NCBI GenBank assembly: GCA_051294375.1
Contig: CM119271.1
Span: forward strand, 7,678,162-7,742,161
Direction of reading: 5' to 3'
From: Paraspadella gotoi
Lineage: Eukaryota; Animalia; Chaetognatha
Length of the DNA: 64,000 nt
A model generated the notes under the pieces. That model had not been told where the DNA came from and searched no databases. It saw only the letters and a program-made list of their open reading frames with translations. Shown piece after piece: positions 61,501 through 64,000 of the stretch (position 1 is the first letter of the stretch; every line of letters begins with the position of its first letter). Made by a program: the position numbers and the translations under genes.

Positions 61501-62199
61501 TAAAAGAGTCACTACCTTTGCCGGCGCCGGCCATAATTGGTGGATGAATAAACTACCCATGGGCGGAGTAAATAGCGTCAATGTCTTACAAGCTATTCTC
61601 GACGAAATCTTCAAAGATCTCGGAAGAGACGTCAAAAGTTTCCTTGTCTACGTTGACGATCTCATCCTCACAGCAAAATCGGCAGAGGATATGGCCGAAA
61701 GGCTCAGGGAATTACTACAAAAGTGTAGGGACGAAAACGTCGTACTCAAGTGGACTAAAAGCGTTCTGCTACGAAAAGAGGATATCAAGATCCTCGGATT
61801 TAGCATTTCCAATAGCAAGCTCCTTCCTCAAAGGGAAAAGCTCGAAGCTGCAGAGATAAAACTCAAGGATCTAAAAAGTCAAAAGGACCTGAGGGCCATG
61901 CTTGCTTCGCTAAATTATTACAGATGCTTTACACACAGATTCTCGTACATAGCGCAGCCACTTCATGCCCTCACGCTCATGGATCGAAAGGATTTCAAAT
62001 TCACCGAGAAACATCGGGAGATGCTTACTCTCTTGATAGAGGAAATCAAAACTTCTCCCGGGCTCAACTTCCTCAATGACCAGAGGATAAGACAAGGCGC
62101 TTACAAAATCTATGCCGACGCGAGCACAACGGCCATGGGAGGCCTCATCACAGCCACAGCAGATGGGGTGGAGTACCCATTATCTTTTCACTCCAAATC
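58550..62199 (+). CDS. Gypsy gag-pol part 1 (gag C-terminal half, aspartic protease, reverse transcriptase, RNase H start)
   Basis: Protease LYDTGASINTI; RT WRLICDL, SLDILACFHQV, LPMG, YVDD; RNase H IYADAS. The frame is interrupted by the N gap at 62200-62209. The 5' part of gag (about 57708-58550) is frameshifted. Confidence 0.92.
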
Positions 62200-62210
62200 N
62201 NNNNNNNNNT

Positions 62211-64000
62211 GCTTTCAATATGATGGTAAGGAAGTATAAAGGATATACGTGTGGCAGGAGAGTCACGTTAGTAACAGACTCCCAATACTTTAAAAGAGTC
62301 ATGGATCTTCAACACGACAAGCAGCAGCTCCTCCCAACAAATGTTCTTCGCTGGATCACAGAAATAAAGCAAGAATGTCAACCTAAAGAAGTCATTCTGG
62401 TCAAAAGCGAGGACAACCCCGCTGACTTCCTCACCCGCTTTACCGAACAAGGACAGATTACCCCCCTTGACACCCCCTTTTTCCCGGCTGGTTTTGACGT
62501 AGATGGAAGTTACGAGCCTGGTTATGCTGAGAATCCGGCAGGAGACGAAGAGGCACCAAGCCACCTCGACCTCATCACCGGACATGCTCCAACTCTCACC
62601 CTAATGGCTCAGCTCTTACAACAAGAAACAAAACCTTTTCGAACAAGATTTTTCGAGTTTGTAAGACAAAATTTTGCCAACAGAAAGAAAAATATGGAAA
62701 AACTGTATGGGAAAACAAAAACGAAAGATTCAGACACTTTCATCAGGACAATATCCGCGAAAGATTGGACACTCGGACATCCCGAACTAGAGATGTTGGC
62801 CGAAATGACCGGCATCAACATAATTGTCATGGATGAGGACAACATCAGCCAAACTGGTTGCAAATACGAGAGATCTTATCAAGCTTCTCGGGCAGACAGA
62901 ACAATAAAGATATTCAGAACCATCACCGGCCAGGTTAGCCTAGTTGGAGACTCTAACCTAGCCCAACAGCTACGACCAATAAAACCGGTAGACTTAAAGA
63001 TTGTATCTGTCAAAAGCTTACGACAACCAACCAACAGGGGAAGGCCAAGAAATCAACAAATTGGCACCAGACATACCAGTGAAGCCCCACCTGATTTATT
63101 ACATATAAATCTCAACCTCAGCGAAAAGCAACAACATCAAGCCCAAACCAGACCTTTCAGCGAAACCCCGGCCGACTTGATAAACATAAACCTCGAGGCC
63201 AAAACAGGAACGAACCAACAAGCCAGGCCAACTAATCATGACAGCAGCATAGTCGACAGGATCCCCATCAACTGGCCAGGCGCAAAGGAAGAAGTCTCAG
63301 TTGATAGCACCCTCGAGACAAGCATTGATATCACAAGGAGGGAGGTCGAAGAAGAATTAAGAAACCCACAACCACAGAACTTTTCCCTCGTCCCACTAGC
63401 CAGAGAAATCAGAGATTGGCAACAACAAAACTCAATTTTCAAGGAGGTTATTTTGTTGCTCAAAAACAACGGCAAAGAGAAAGCAAAAACTTTGCTTGAA
63501 AAAAAGATGACAAAAGGCAAAAATACGGCGGAGAGGTATCTCACAAATTGCATAGACGACCTTGAGGTCACCACGGACAATATCCTCACCATAAGAGGCT
63601 ACAAAGGGGACACGCCAACCTACAAGTACGTCGTCCCACCCGAAAAGGCTGAAGCAATCACTCATAAGATACATATACAATTTGGACACCCAGGGCGAGA
63701 TCGCACAGCTTTTATCACAGCCCAATACATCTCCACACCAGGATTAACATCAGCAGCCGCGAAAGTTGTGCGAAATTGCGATAATTGCGCAAAAGCCACG
63801 GATCAACAAAAGAACAACGAGACCTCGTCAGCGCCCAACCTCGCCATCGCTCCGTGGGAATCATTAAGCATTGACGTAATGCATCTACCAACCGTTTCAG
63901 GTTACAAATACGCCTTAATCGCCTCAGACAATGCATCTGCATACACCTGGGCAATCCCACTGAAACGAGCTGACGCCGACAGCCTCGTCAAGGCACTTGA
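62211..64000 (+). CDS. Gypsy pol part 2 (RNase H end, long insert, integrase N-terminal part)
   Basis: Hand translation gives an open frame to the window end, absent from the ORF track because it has no stop: VTLVTDSQ, NPADFLTR, the HHCC motif IHIQFGHPG...CDNC, and the integrase core start PWESLSIDVM...IASDNASAYTWAIPL. Confidence 0.88.

Larger units (their letters stand above)
57348..64000 (+). mobile_element. Ty3/Gypsy LTR retrotransposon, continuing past the window end
   Basis: Domain order gag-PR-RT-RH-IN, with a putative 5' LTR and PBS. The 5' boundary is approximate. Confidence 0.92.

Noticed and set aside
62200-62239. Premature stop or programmed frameshift in Gypsy pol
   Set aside because: The frame change coincides with a 10-N gap of arbitrary length; RNase H continues in another frame from 62211.

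Overview
Eukaryotic genomic scaffold, probably from an invertebrate animal (GT-AG introns, GC-rich exons, AT-rich introns, many (GA)n tracts). In order: (1) the last exon of NPRL3; (2) a 7-exon gene (1432-7071, about 1522 aa) that fuses an intact DBP2/DDX5-family DEAD-box RNA helicase to an intact topoisomerase III-beta-type type IA topoisomerase. The junction lies inside one exon, and the protein has a P/Q/H-rich N-terminus and an RGG tail. This reverse-gyrase-like architecture is the main finding. (3) a minus-strand MIEAP/SPATA18-domain gene; (4) about 17.5-36.7 kb of noisy direct and inverted copies around assembly gaps, most likely long-read gap-fill artefacts, with one clean copy of two Tyr/Arg-rich ORFs; (5) a divergent XK-related membrane protein gene with a deleted Tc1/mariner element 14 bp upstream of its ATG; (6) a DUF229 gene; (7) a tRNA-derived SINE; (8) the 3' exons of an unidentified low-complexity gene; (9) a Ty3/Gypsy LTR retrotransposon with a long insert between RNase H and integrase that includes an OTU-like segment. 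Gene models were spliced by eye and family calls rest on recalled motifs, not on database searches.
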